Part shown: in pieces, positions 63,733 through 64,000 of the stretch
How the letters are laid out: each line of letters opens with the position of its first letter
Position numbering within the stretch: the stretch's first letter is position 1
Notes under the pieces: model-generated
Seen by the model: only the letters and a program-made list of their open reading frames with translations
What the model was told of the DNA's origin: nothing
Databases searched by the model: none
Source: Alistipes sp.
GTDB lineage: Bacteria; Bacteroidota; Bacteroidia; Bacteroidales; Rikenellaceae
NCBI GenBank assembly: GCA_017483225.1
Contig: JAFULF010000008.1
Span: 50,927 to 114,926, forward strand
DNA length: 64,000 nucleotides
Direction: 5' to 3'
Translations under genes and position numbers: made by a program

Positions 63733-64000
63733 CTAATAGAATGGGTTCTGTGTAAGGTTGTTCAAGCGGTCAACCTCCGACTGGTAGTATGGCAGCAGAT
63801 ATTGACGCTTGGTAAATACACGTGTGCTTGGGCGGTTACCGCCGTCGTGAGGGATTATGGTACGACGCCAGAACGAGGTCTCCGAAGGAGTCGATGTCGG
63901 AACGGTCGAATTTGTCGCCTCGACATTCATACCATAGACATCACCGGCATCCTCAACCTCCGAGAGGAGATTTGTACGGGTGTCGAAGTAGCGGTGGTTC
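63733..64000 (-). CDS. RagB/SusD-family outer-membrane nutrient-binding protein (C-terminal end only; gene continues beyond the right edge)
   Basis: The frame is open to position 64000 (…NHRYFDTRTNLLSEVEDAGDVYGMNVEA…). The C-terminus KRQYLLPYYQSEVDRLNNLTQNPFY matches the SusD-family ending (IP.SE.. NPNL.QNPGY type). Confidence 0.7.
   Translation of the reverse strand, partial: NHRYFDTRTNLLSEVEDAGDVYGMNVEATNSTVPTSTPSETSFWRRTIIPHDGGNRPSTRVFTKRQYLLPYYQSEVDRLNNLTQNPFY

Overview
This looks like a chromosomal segment of a Bacteroidota (Bacteroidales-type) genome. The evidence is lipoprotein signal peptides ending in ...(A/T)SC, TAnnTTTG -7 promoter boxes, a SusD/DUF1735 polysaccharide-utilisation locus, a TonB gene, and the rnpA-yidD-hemD-DUF4271 arrangement. 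I call about 56 protein genes plus RNase P RNA (rnpB). Two edge genes are missing from the ORF track because their frames are open at the window ends: a YfhO-family protein at 1-2037 and a SusD-like protein at 63733-64000. Most genes are tightly packed housekeeping functions (ispB, rbr, ccp, upp, hflX, rlmN, recJ, lipB/lipA, nadA, mrp, metG, ilvE, mnmG, ybeY, pheS, murA, eno, rnpA, yidD, ispH, cmk, rnz, trxB, rsgA, cvpA). I saw no CRISPR array, integrase, transposase, toxin-antitoxin pair or recognisable multi-gene defence operon, and I cannot support a claim of a novel multi-gene system. The unusual content sits in four intergenic regions (about 7.25-7.6, 14.0-14.8, 45.2-45.6 and 56.6-57.05 kb) built from a shared kit of non-coding repeat modules. 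(a) A 122-bp MITE-like element with 17-bp terminal inverted repeats, in three copies. (b) A ~155-bp element made of 9-10-nt periodic TTAAGGG / CCTTTAA arrays that pair only through G-U wobbles on the + strand, in two copies. (c) A related TTTAGGGAA / CCTTAAATT element, in two copies. (d) A GACCTTA-rich module, in two copies. TTGCGCAA palindromes punctuate all of these modules. This repeat family is my best candidate for something undescribed. Secondary observations are: a 61-62-bp duplication of the rnpB 3' end plus terminator; a small accessory islet (45.2-47.2 kb) with a secreted phage-tail-fibre-like S74 chaperone-domain protein and a small lipoprotein preceded by a remnant of its own C-terminal module; a co-directional DUF4954 / cytoplasmic vWA gene pair; and a PUL arm with two tandem metallophosphoesterase lipoproteins, GH27 and GH2. 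All family assignments are by eye and from memory of motifs; no searches were run.
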